Shown piece by piece: positions 1-7,948 of a stretch of 43,535 nucleotides of DNA (position 1 is its first letter; every line of letters starts with the position of its first letter). The notes under the pieces were generated by a model. The model saw nothing but the letters and a program-made list of their open reading frames with translations, was not told the origin of the DNA and did not search any database. The stretch comes from a virus (Duplodnaviria; Caudoviricetes), in the IMG/VR virus record IMGVR_UViG_3300025640_000898, positions 1-43,535 of that record; one strand, written 5' to 3'. The position numbers and the translations under genes are program-made.

Positions 1-2
1 AG

Positions 3-446
3 AAAGAGCTTTGCTTCAGCGAAGGCCCTACAGTATCAATGCTGACCAGCGTCCAGAGCAACAGGCTAGGAATAACAAACAACAGAAACTCAGACAATAT
101 AGTTGACGACGAGAGCGTTGTTTCTCTATCTGACCAGATAACGCAGTTCTGCTCTCATTTATTTTTGCTTAGAAAAAAGACCATGGACGAAATTCAATCT
201 GAGCCAGAAGATTTTGGAACACACAAATTAATATCCTTAAAATACCGCTGGCTAGGCAAAGATGTCCACAGGGCACTTCAACCCGTGGAAATGCCAGATG
301 GAACAAAAAAGAACAACTATATAAACCTTCACATGGAAAACTTTGGTATTGAAGAAAAAGGCGACTTGCAGGATCTGGTTGACAACGTAAACTCCCAAGG
401 GGTCGGCGCGGTCGAAGACTTCCTAGAAGAGCTTCCGAATATATGA
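3..446 (+). CDS. dnaB: DnaB-like replicative helicase, C-terminal part (5' truncated by window edge)
   Basis: Frame is open from position 3. LTSVQSNR and SLSDQITQFCSHLFLL resemble SF4 helicase motifs H3/H4 (xSQLNR, SxxIEQDAD). Directly upstream of primase with ATGA overlap. Confidence 0.7.
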   Translation, partial: KELCFSEGPTVSMLTSVQSNRLGITNNRNSDNIVDDESVVSLSDQITQFCSHLFLLRKKTMDEIQSEPEDFGTHKLISLKYRWLGKDVHRALQPVEMPDGTKKNNYINLHMENFGIEEKGDLQDLVDNVNSQGVGAVEDFLEELPNI

Positions 447-1480
447 TATCTACAGATAAAATAAAAGACTGCTTAATTAATCTAGGCTACAAGCTTAATG
501 ACAGAGGCTCCTACTGGCAGACCAATGCGATATTCAGAAACGGAGACAACTCCACAGCCATTCAGATATACAAAAATAGTGGAGTCTGGAAAGACCATGT
601 GCAGGGGAGTAATTTCTCTCCCCTCAAAAGACTTGTAGAGATAACGCTTGGAACCAACGACAAAAATGCAATCAAAAAATATCTCGAAGAAGAGGACGTG
701 GGTTCACATTATAATAAAATAGAATCAATAGAAAAAATAGAAATGGAAGAAATATACCCAGAAGACTGCTTGAAAAAACTGCTACCGCATTATAAATTCT
801 ACAATGATAGGGGCATCAGCGATGAAGTTTTAGCAAACCTAAAAGGGGGGTTCGCAACTGCGGGGAAATTGAATAAAAGATTCATATTTCCTATTTACAA
901 CGAGCTCTCTCAGATATATGGATTCTCGGGTAGGGACATGACATCTATAGAAGGTCGCCCCAAATGGAAACATGTGGGAAAGAAGAAATCATGGGTGTAT
1001 CCATTATACAACAACCCCAAGGCCTTAAAAGACATACAAGACAAAGGAGAAGTTGTTTTAGTTGAAAGTATCGGAGATCTACTTCAATTGAACGAGAACG
1101 GGCACTTCAATGTTCTGGTTACTTTTGGACTGGATGTTTCAAACAAATTGATATGCTCTTTAGTCTCGCTAGGAGTTTCTAGAATAATACTCTCCCTAAA
1201 TAACGACTCCGCATCTACAAAAAACAGAGGACTAGAAGCCTGCATAAAAAACTATCTTAAATTATTAAATTATTTTGAGCCTGATAAAATTTTAATTTGC
1301 TTGCCTACTGCAAAAGACTTTGGAGAAATGTCTACAAATGATTTTAATTCTTGGAATAAAAAGCTATTATCCTCTGACGCAAAAAAGCAAAGATCATTCA
1401 TAGTCAAAGAGATAAGCAAAATGCACAAAACTTTACCAAAATCTTTATTAAAAAATAAAAAAATAATAACCAATGAGTGA
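443..1480 (+). CDS. dnaG: DNA primase (DnaG-like, TOPRIM)
   Basis: RFIFPIYN..IYGFSGR, PKW, and TOPRIM motifs VVLVESIGDLL and LSLNND...KDFGEM. Follows the helicase. Confidence 0.85.
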   Translation: MISTDKIKDCLINLGYKLNDRGSYWQTNAIFRNGDNSTAIQIYKNSGVWKDHVQGSNFSPLKRLVEITLGTNDKNAIKKYLEEEDVGSHYNKIESIEKIEMEEIYPEDCLKKLLPHYKFYNDRGISDEVLANLKGGFATAGKLNKRFIFPIYNELSQIYGFSGRDMTSIEGRPKWKHVGKKKSWVYPLYNNPKALKDIQDKGEVVLVESIGDLLQLNENGHFNVLVTFGLDVSNKLICSLVSLGVSRIILSLNNDSASTKNRGLEACIKNYLKLLNYFEPDKILICLPTAKDFGEMSTNDFNSWNKKLLSSDAKKQRSFIVKEISKMHKTLPKSLLKNKKIITNE

Positions 1481-2558
1481 ATTAACTAAATTATCCGCGA
1501 GTAGAATTAAAACCGCGCAAACTTGCTCCTGGACATATTGGTGCAATTATAAACTGAAACTTCCCCAGGCAGGAAACGATGGCTCGAGCAGAGGAACGAT
1601 ATGTCACAACATATTCGAACTTCTAGGAGACAAGTATAAAACTGAATTTAATAAAATAATAAAAGAAGGAACAATATGGAACACCAAGGTTGTCGCCGCT
1701 CAAGTTAAAGAGGAAGCAGAAGAATTAAAGGTGAACGATCAAGAGAACCTGGACTTGATCGACGAAATGATCGTTGCGGGACTTCGTTGTGATTTCTTCG
1801 GGGATACAGAGGAAGAGCCTGAAGAGGCAGAATCAGAAAGGTTTTTTGACTTAGAGATAGACAAGCCCGAAAAAGGCATTCGCTATGCAGTCAGAGGATA
1901 TATAGATAAACTATTTAAATACAAAGATAATTCCGTAATAATTAGAGACTTCAAAAGCAGCAAACAAGTATTCAAAGGCAAAGAGATCACCGACAATTTA
2001 CAAAACTTAATATACTCTTTAGCCGTGAAACATTTAATGCCTGAAACAGAGCCTCAAAGTGAATTTATATTCTTAAGATTCGACTTAGAAAAAGACGTAC
2101 TCGGGGAACGAGGCAAAGGTTATGTAAGGATGGACAAAATCACCGAAGAAGAGTTGGAGGGTTTTGAGTATCAGCTTACCGAGTTTCAGAAATATATAGA
2201 CGGATTTGACGAAGATTGCGCAAAGTCTAATTTTGCGGCAACACAAGATTACCCAAGAGATGGAACGTTTGGCGGTCCACTCGCCTGCGGAAAAGACGGC
2301 TACAAAATATCAAGGGGAGAGCCGATACTAGATCAGAACGGAGAGCCAATAAAAGCTTTTATCTGTCCGTACAGAAAGCCTATGGAATACTACGCAATAC
2401 AAGACAAAGACGGAAAAGTTTTAAAAACATCGTTTATTGAAAAGAGAGACTCTCTTGATCCAGACGAAAGCCTCGGAGAAAAGGTTGTTAAAATGAATTA
2501 TAAGGGATGCCCGCATTGGCAAAACAAGGTGAAACTAGATGACTTTCTCGAAGGATAA
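1473..2558 (+). CDS. PD-(D/E)XK RecB/Cas4-like exonuclease
   Basis: LSASRIKTAQTC, GTICHNIFE, RGYIDKL..IIRDFKSS, Q-x3-Y, and C-terminal Cys residues (ACG, CPY, GCPHW) consistent with an Fe-S staple. Confidence 0.85.
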   Translation: MSELTKLSASRIKTAQTCSWTYWCNYKLKLPQAGNDGSSRGTICHNIFELLGDKYKTEFNKIIKEGTIWNTKVVAAQVKEEAEELKVNDQENLDLIDEMIVAGLRCDFFGDTEEEPEEAESERFFDLEIDKPEKGIRYAVRGYIDKLFKYKDNSVIIRDFKSSKQVFKGKEITDNLQNLIYSLAVKHLMPETEPQSEFIFLRFDLEKDVLGERGKGYVRMDKITEEELEGFEYQLTEFQKYIDGFDEDCAKSNFAATQDYPRDGTFGGPLACGKDGYKISRGEPILDQNGEPIKAFICPYRKPMEYYAIQDKDGKVLKTSFIEKRDSLDPDESLGEKVVKMNYKGCPHWQNKVKLDDFLEG

Positions 2559-2949
2559 GTATGACGCAGCAGGACTGCTAGTAAAACTAAATAACTTGGT
2601 CCTACTAGGTAAAAGAGCTAAAATTTGCGCCAACTTCCCTGGATATTGGTCGCTTCCTTGCGGGGCGATAGAAAAAGGAGAGTTGCCTCTAGACGCTTGT
2701 GTTAGAGAATTTAAAGAAGAAACTGGAATAAGCATTTCAAACGAAACAAAATATCTAAATTCTTTCCCAATGGAAAACGGGGGCACTTTTTACGCATATT
2801 TTACGAATATAAAATCTTTAATTTTCCCAAGCAGCGATGCCGTAGACTCAATGGAGCACGAAGAGTGGGGTTTTTTTAGGCTAGAAGAAAACTGCCTACC
2901 AACCCCAATGACAAAAGAAACAAAAAACACAATCTTAATGTTAAAATGA
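2539..2949 (+). CDS. Nudix hydrolase
   Basis: Nudix box GAIEKGELPLDACVREFKEETGI. Confidence 0.9.
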   Translation: MTFSKDKYDAAGLLVKLNNLVLLGKRAKICANFPGYWSLPCGAIEKGELPLDACVREFKEETGISISNETKYLNSFPMENGGTFYAYFTNIKSLIFPSSDAVDSMEHEEWGFFRLEENCLPTPMTKETKNTILMLK

Positions 2950-3977
2950 AAAAAATAATAGTAACAGGAGTAACGGGCCAAGACGGAAGTCATATGGTAG
3001 ATTATTTATTAAAGAATACGGGTCATGAAATATATGGCTCGGTAAGAAGGCTGAGTGTCAAAAATCATGAGAATATTTTGCATCTAGAAAATGAGCCGCG
3101 ATTCCATTTGATCGACATGGATTTAAACGATGCACACAGTATGCGCGACGTGATACTTGATATTCAGCCGGACTACTTTATCAATTTTGCGGCGCAATCG
3201 TTTGTTGCGGGCAGCTGGAATTATCCAATTCAAACATGGGACACAGATGCCAATGCCGTGCTTCACATTCTGGAATCTATTCGCCGTTTCGCTCCGCAAT
3301 GTAGATTTTACAACGCCGGATCAAGCGAAGAGTTCGGGGACGTTATAACAAGCCCTCAGAACGAAGAGCATCCGTTGCGCCCGCAAAGCCCTTATGGCGC
3401 TGCAAAATGTGCAGCTAGGCACATTGTTCGCGTCTACAGAGAGTCTTACAACCTCTACGCTGTTCAAGGCTGGCTGTTTAATCACGAAGGAAGTCGTCGC
3501 GGCCTTGATTTTGTGACTCGTAAAATTTCTCACGCAGTAGCAAGAATAAAAATTGCCCTAGAATCAAATAAAACAATTCCTATCTTGAAACTTGGAAACA
3601 TTGAAGCTCAACGCGACTGGAGTGACGCAGAAGACTTTATGGAAGGTGTTTGGTTAATGCTCAATCAAAAGGCTCCAAAAAATTATGTATTGGGTAGTGG
3701 TGAGATGCACGCAGTGCGTGAATTTCTTGAAGAAGCTCTAAAATGCGCAGGTATCGAATTTGAATCGCGAGGCGCAGAAGCTGATGAAAAATATTATACT
3801 AAAGATGGTGCATTAATTTTTGAGGTTGATCCAAAATTTTATCGACCCGCAGAAGTGCACGAATTGTGCGGCGACCCATCTCTTGCTGAAAGCGAAATGG
3901 GTTGGGAGCGCAAAACAGATTTTCGTGGATTGGTAAAGAAAATGTATCAAAGCGATTATGTTCTATTGACTCAATGA
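2946..3977 (+). CDS. gmd: GDP-mannose 4,6-dehydratase
   Basis: TGVTGQDGS, AAQSFV, SSEEFG, PQSPYGAAK, LFNHEG, FVTRKI, RDWSDAED, FYRPAEV. Confidence 0.95.
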   Translation: MKKIIVTGVTGQDGSHMVDYLLKNTGHEIYGSVRRLSVKNHENILHLENEPRFHLIDMDLNDAHSMRDVILDIQPDYFINFAAQSFVAGSWNYPIQTWDTDANAVLHILESIRRFAPQCRFYNAGSSEEFGDVITSPQNEEHPLRPQSPYGAAKCAARHIVRVYRESYNLYAVQGWLFNHEGSRRGLDFVTRKISHAVARIKIALESNKTIPILKLGNIEAQRDWSDAEDFMEGVWLMLNQKAPKNYVLGSGEMHAVREFLEEALKCAGIEFESRGAEADEKYYTKDGALIFEVDPKFYRPAEVHELCGDPSLAESEMGWERKTDFRGLVKKMYQSDYVLLTQ

Positions 3978-4918
3978 AGCGCAAATCAATCTTTCTAACG
4001 GGTCACCGTGGAATGGTTGGATCTGCAGTTCTCAATCATTTACAAAGCAATGGTTACGAAAATGTAATCACACGAACTCGCGGCGAACTAGATTTAACCA
4101 ATCAAGCTCAAGTTGATAGTTTTTTTGCAAAAAGACGCCCAGATGTAGTAATCGCTTGCGCCGCAAAAGTTGGCGGCATACTCGCAAACAATACACTTCG
4201 CGCAGACTTCATATATCAAAATCTACAAATAGCAAGTAACCTGATACATGCCTCAAGCAAATACAATGTTCAAAAACTGATCAATCTTGGCAGTTCATGT
4301 ATATACCCTAGAGACGCAAAAATACCCATTGTAGAAGAAAGTCTTTTAACAGGTGTATTAGAAAAAACAAATGAGCCGTATGCTATAGCAAAAATAGCTG
4401 CAATTAAATTGTGCCAAAGTTACTACGAACAATACAAAAATAATTTTTATTCGATTATGCCATGCAATATGTACGGGCCGCGAGATAATTTCGACTTAAA
4501 AAGCTCGCATGTTCTACCTGCCCTCATAAGAAAAGTGCACGAAGCAAAAGAAAGCGCTTCCAGAAATGTAGAAGTTTGGGGTAGCGGAAAACCGCTTCGA
4601 GAATTCCTATATGTTGATGATTTGGCTCGAGCGATAGCTCATTGCCTTGAGAATGTCAACGCGAGAGACATATATAGTAAAGGGATTTCTCACATGAATT
4701 GTGGGTCTGAAGATGAAGTATCCATTCTTAAATTGGCCCACTTAATAAAAAAAGTTGTAGGCTACCAAGGAGAGGTTGTATTCGACGCCGAAAAGCCGGA
4801 CGGAACTTATCGAAAAAAAATGAACAACACCCAATTGCGCAATATTGGATTCTCTGCAAAAACCAACTTAGAACAAGGGCTAAAAAAAACATACGCCTGG
4901 TACCTAGAAAACAAATAA
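3974..4918 (+). CDS. fcl: GDP-L-fucose synthase
   Basis: GHRGMVGSA, AAKVGGI, LGSSCIYP, NEPYAIAK, SHVLPAL, WGSGKPLREFLYVDD, KPDG. Start moved to ATG 3974 (ATGA overlap with the gmd stop). Confidence 0.95.
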   Translation: MKRKSIFLTGHRGMVGSAVLNHLQSNGYENVITRTRGELDLTNQAQVDSFFAKRRPDVVIACAAKVGGILANNTLRADFIYQNLQIASNLIHASSKYNVQKLINLGSSCIYPRDAKIPIVEESLLTGVLEKTNEPYAIAKIAAIKLCQSYYEQYKNNFYSIMPCNMYGPRDNFDLKSSHVLPALIRKVHEAKESASRNVEVWGSGKPLREFLYVDDLARAIAHCLENVNARDIYSKGISHMNCGSEDEVSILKLAHLIKKVVGYQGEVVFDAEKPDGTYRKKMNNTQLRNIGFSAKTNLEQGLKKTYAWYLENK

Positions 4919-4924
4919 AAATTT

Positions 4925-4939
4925 GTGTAATTAATATCT
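4925..4939 (+). promoter_or_regulatory. GTGTA-N10-ATG putative phage late promoter
   Basis: GTGTA 4925-4929, 10 nt before ATG 4940. The same motif recurs before about 10 genes. Confidence 0.6.
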
Positions 4940-6001
4940 ATGAACAATCAAAACAATAACTTTTCGGATAGAGTGCTAAACGCCTTAAAGCAAAAAGTCG
5001 TTGCTCACAATTTAAAACATGCTCAAAAAGTAACTCTTTCTCAATTACAAAAAGTATATCGTCGCGGATCGGAAATGTTTAGCGATTTTGGTCGCCCCGG
5101 TAAATCTCGAGGCCAATGGGCCATCGCCAGGGCAAATATGTTCTTAAAAATGATCCAAGGATCAAGAGTTAAGGATAGCTACCGCAAAGCAGATCAAGAT
5201 ATCGCTGAAGCGGGAATAATTGTTGACGACGGGATCCGCGAAGAATCCAAATTGTTTAACGAGGAAGATTTAATTGAAGCTAAACTCGACATCAAAAATT
5301 ATCAACTTCAAGAAGACCCAAGCTTCACAAATGAAATGTGGAGCACTATATTCATTGAAACCGACGAACTTGGGTTTGAAGAGTATGTCGATGAAGAAAG
5401 CTGGGCTTCAGAAAAAAATAAAGGTAAAAAATTAAACAAGCCATTCAGAACATCCAAAGGGCCAAAGAAATTTTCGGTTTACGTAAAAAATGAAAAAGGC
5501 AATGTTGTAAAAGTTAATTTCGGCGACCCAAATATGGAAATCAAACGGGATGATCCCGCTCGTAGAAAAAGTTTTAGAGCTAGGCATAATTGCGAAAACC
5601 CTGGACCCAAAACAAAAGCTCGCTATTGGAGTTGTAAAATGTGGTCCAAAAAAAGTGTTACCAAAATGACCAAGGGCGAAGAGATAGAAAACGAAGCCGA
5701 AGAAGAGGTGGAAGAAGTTATCGAAGCTAAAAATGGACTTTGGGACAATATCAGAAAAAAGAAAAAAAGAATGGGCAAAAAATATAAAGCCGCAAAACCT
5801 GGAGATAAGGATCGCCCAAATAAAGAGGCATGGAAAAAAGCTCAATCTAAAAAAATGAAAAAAGATTACGCAGCGGAAGATGAATTTAAGCCTCATATGA
5901 TGTATGACCCAAAAACAGGAAAAGCTTATAAAGCTAAAACCATGGAAGACCATTTAAAAATGAAGAAAATGGGATATACTCACGAGAAGCCTAAAGCTTA
6001 A
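4940..6001 (+). CDS. Modular basic/acidic phage protein (possible internal head or DNA-binding protein)
   Basis: Several short basic modules typical of large phage proteins (KVYRRG..QWAIARAN; KFSVYVK..FGDP..RRKSFRARHNC..ARYWSC; LWDNIRKK; PHMMYDPKTG) separated by acidic linkers. Confidence 0.6.
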   Translation: MNNQNNNFSDRVLNALKQKVVAHNLKHAQKVTLSQLQKVYRRGSEMFSDFGRPGKSRGQWAIARANMFLKMIQGSRVKDSYRKADQDIAEAGIIVDDGIREESKLFNEEDLIEAKLDIKNYQLQEDPSFTNEMWSTIFIETDELGFEEYVDEESWASEKNKGKKLNKPFRTSKGPKKFSVYVKNEKGNVVKVNFGDPNMEIKRDDPARRKSFRARHNCENPGPKTKARYWSCKMWSKKSVTKMTKGEEIENEAEEEVEEVIEAKNGLWDNIRKKKKRMGKKYKAAKPGDKDRPNKEAWKKAQSKKMKKDYAAEDEFKPHMMYDPKTGKAYKAKTMEDHLKMKKMGYTHEKPKA

Positions 6002-6023
6002 AAACCCCAACAACTTAAAACCT

Positions 6024-6056
6024 AAAGCCCCGCTAGTTCATAGCGGGGCTTTTTTT
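6024..6056 (+). terminator. Rho-independent terminator
   Basis: AAAGCCCCGCTA-gttca-TAGCGGGGCTTT followed by a T run. Confidence 0.9.
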
Positions 6057-6066
6057 GATTTTGATC

Positions 6067-6095
6067 TTGACTATTTTTTATATATAGACTATAAT
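6067..6095 (+). promoter_or_regulatory. sigma70-type promoter of the TnpB-like gene (probably leaderless mRNA)
   Basis: TTGACT(6067-72)-N17-TATAAT(6090-95). ATG is 7 nt downstream at 6103, with no SD. Confidence 0.8.
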
Positions 6096-6102
6096 ATAGT
6101 CC

Positions 6103-7554
6103 ATGAAAAAAGTTAAAATATTTTCTCCTAGAGCTTGCAGATTAAATGGTGTCAAATTAACACCTGAATTTAAAATCGAACACGATACAATATCATCAAT
6201 TCAAAAGGATCTATCTATATGGATATATGAAAAAATATGCAAAAAAGAGATAGCGGAAATCAATGACAAATACATAAAGTTTAAAAATAAAGCGTGGGAC
6301 GACTGGGCAGGGCTAAGTTTTCAAGGAAAACAGTGCAAGAGCTGGAGAGAAACCGAGCTAAGCTTAAGGCAGTTAAAGTGCCACCCAGAAGTTCAAGAGA
6401 TATTCTTAAAACACACCCCTCACATAGAGAAAAAAGAATTGAATTTATCTCGACTCGATGATGTATTATGGAAAGTGGTAGAAAATTACAAAGGCTTCCA
6501 AAACAGAAACAGCAAAAAAACAAAACGCCCCATATTCCTAAAAACAAACAAAGCTTTAAATTTTAAAAACGGCGGAATATGGATAGAGGACAACAAAATA
6601 AAACTCTCCACCCTACAGAAGCGTAAATTTATATATCTAACATTCAAAGAAGATGTTTATGACAATCAAGATTCAATTGATTACAAAACGGGCTCGGGAA
6701 AAGGCGGAAACATCTCATTTAATGGTTTATACAAACAAGATGATAATTTTTTAGTTATTCAATTAGTTGAAGAACAAGAGTCTTCTTTTTTTAAAAAGGT
6801 TATAGGTATTGACATAAACAAAAACGACCTACAATGGATTACCTTCAGCGAGCCCATATTCAATAAAACACAAAGGGCAATTACAAAAGGTGAAGAAATT
6901 AAGGGTCTTGAAATTCAGGCGAAAACCCTCAACCAAGATTTACTAAAGAACAAAAGTAAATACAACTCAAAGCAAAGAAGAAAACTACACCAAAGAAAAA
7001 AGAGAGCAGAAAGAAGGCTAAAGCTTTCAATCAAGGAAAAAATAGTAAAACCCGCATTTCTATATTATATAAAAAAATACGACAGCAAAGTCAGTTTCTC
7101 GATTGATGATATCGGATTTGGCAATCAAAATAGTTTTGGACAAGAATATATTAGAGATGCTTTTGTAAGTTTATGCAAAAAAAACAATATAGCTTTCGCT
7201 ATTTGCCCTCCCAGCTTCAGCTCTCAAATGTGCCCTAAATGCGGATCTCTGCACAAGCAAGATAGAAAATTAATAAATTCGTACACTTGCAAATCTTGCG
7301 GTCATTTTCATAAAAATTGCGATGAATTAGGGGCGGAAAATATCGCAAAATTCGGATCCGTATTAATGAAAGAAGTATGCATATCCTCAACCTCTAAAAG
7401 TTTTCAAATACCAATTCCCCACAAAAGCAAATTTTGGAGCTTGTATGTCCCCGATGATGATGAAAGAAAAAAACCAATCAAAAGAAAATTAGATTCAATA
7501 TACAATAAGGTTCTGAAAACGCAGTTTAATTTTCCCGATTCCTCTAGTCGATGA
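6103..7554 (+). CDS. tnpB: TnpB/Cas12f-like RuvC + Zn-ribbon protein (putative RNA-guided effector), 483 aa
   Basis: RuvC-I VIGID237IN, Arg/Lys-rich bridge-helix region (QRRKLHQRKKRAERRLK), RuvC-II FSID335DI, PSFSSQMCPKC..CKSC zinc ribbon, RuvC-III NCD407ELGAENI. No adjacent transposase. Confidence 0.85.
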   Translation: MKKVKIFSPRACRLNGVKLTPEFKIEHDTISSIQKDLSIWIYEKICKKEIAEINDKYIKFKNKAWDDWAGLSFQGKQCKSWRETELSLRQLKCHPEVQEIFLKHTPHIEKKELNLSRLDDVLWKVVENYKGFQNRNSKKTKRPIFLKTNKALNFKNGGIWIEDNKIKLSTLQKRKFIYLTFKEDVYDNQDSIDYKTGSGKGGNISFNGLYKQDDNFLVIQLVEEQESSFFKKVIGIDINKNDLQWITFSEPIFNKTQRAITKGEEIKGLEIQAKTLNQDLLKNKSKYNSKQRRKLHQRKKRAERRLKLSIKEKIVKPAFLYYIKKYDSKVSFSIDDIGFGNQNSFGQEYIRDAFVSLCKKNNIAFAICPPSFSSQMCPKCGSLHKQDRKLINSYTCKSCGHFHKNCDELGAENIAKFGSVLMKEVCISSTSKSFQIPIPHKSKFWSLYVPDDDERKKPIKRKLDSIYNKVLKTQFNFPDSSSR

Positions 7555-7630
7555 AAAGTGAGCATGAGTAAGCTACGCTTAGGGAAACTCTCTCTATACT
7601 CCGAGGTTGTTCGCTCGTTAAAACGAACAG
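7536..7630 (+). ncRNA. Putative guide/scaffold RNA unit 1 (variable AACTCTCTC, 7586-7594); overlaps the effector stop codon
   Basis: Repeat unit with three hairpins. RNA status is inferred. Confidence 0.6.
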
Positions 7631-7639
7631 CAATTTAAT

Positions 7640-7733
7640 CGATTCCTCTAGTCGATGAAAAGTGAGCATGAGCAGGCTACGCTTAGGGAAATAAAAATAT
7701 ACTCCGAGGTTGTTCGCTCGTTAAAACGAACAG
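7640..7733 (+). ncRNA. Putative guide/scaffold RNA unit 2 (variable AATAAAAA, 7690-7697)
   Basis: Repeat unit carrying a GAGCAGGC variant of GAGTAAGC. Confidence 0.6.
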
Positions 7734-7742
7734 CAATTTAAT

Positions 7743-7836
7743 CGATTCCTCTAGTCGATGAAAAGTGAGCATGAGTAAGCTTCGCTTAGGGACATATGCA
7801 TATACTCCGAGGTTGTTCGCTCGTTAAAACGAACAG
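7743..7836 (+). ncRNA. Putative guide/scaffold RNA unit 3 (variable CATATGCA, 7793-7800)
   Basis: Repeat unit; small hairpin loop is TTC instead of TAC. Confidence 0.6.
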
Positions 7837-7845
7837 CAATTTAAT

Positions 7846-7939
7846 CGATTCCTCTAGTCGATGAAAAGTGAGCATGAGTAAGCTACGCTTAGGGAAATCG
7901 TCTTATACTCCGAGGTTGTTCGCTCGTTAAAACGAACAG
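7846..7939 (+). ncRNA. Putative guide/scaffold RNA unit 4 (variable AATCGTCT, 7896-7903)
   Basis: Repeat unit with consensus scaffold. Confidence 0.6.
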
Positions 7940-7948
7940 CAATTTAAT

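Noticed and set aside
1473-2558. Cas4 as an adaptation module for the array
   Set aside because: It lies 3.5 kb upstream of the effector, within the helicase-primase operon. Solo Cas4-like nucleases are common phage replication/recombination genes.
3902-3973. ORF-track N-terminal extensions (fcl 3902; also 8548, 15319, 17442, 18609, 41251)
   Set aside because: Downstream ATGs fit family N-termini, stop/start overlaps or promoter positions better.
5432-5953. 173-aa Phe-rich antisense ORF and similar shadow ORFs (e.g. 8242-8562, 23113-23523, 35209-35616, 42503-42894)
   Set aside because: They are antisense or out-of-frame shadows of well-supported genes or regulatory DNA, with no motifs.
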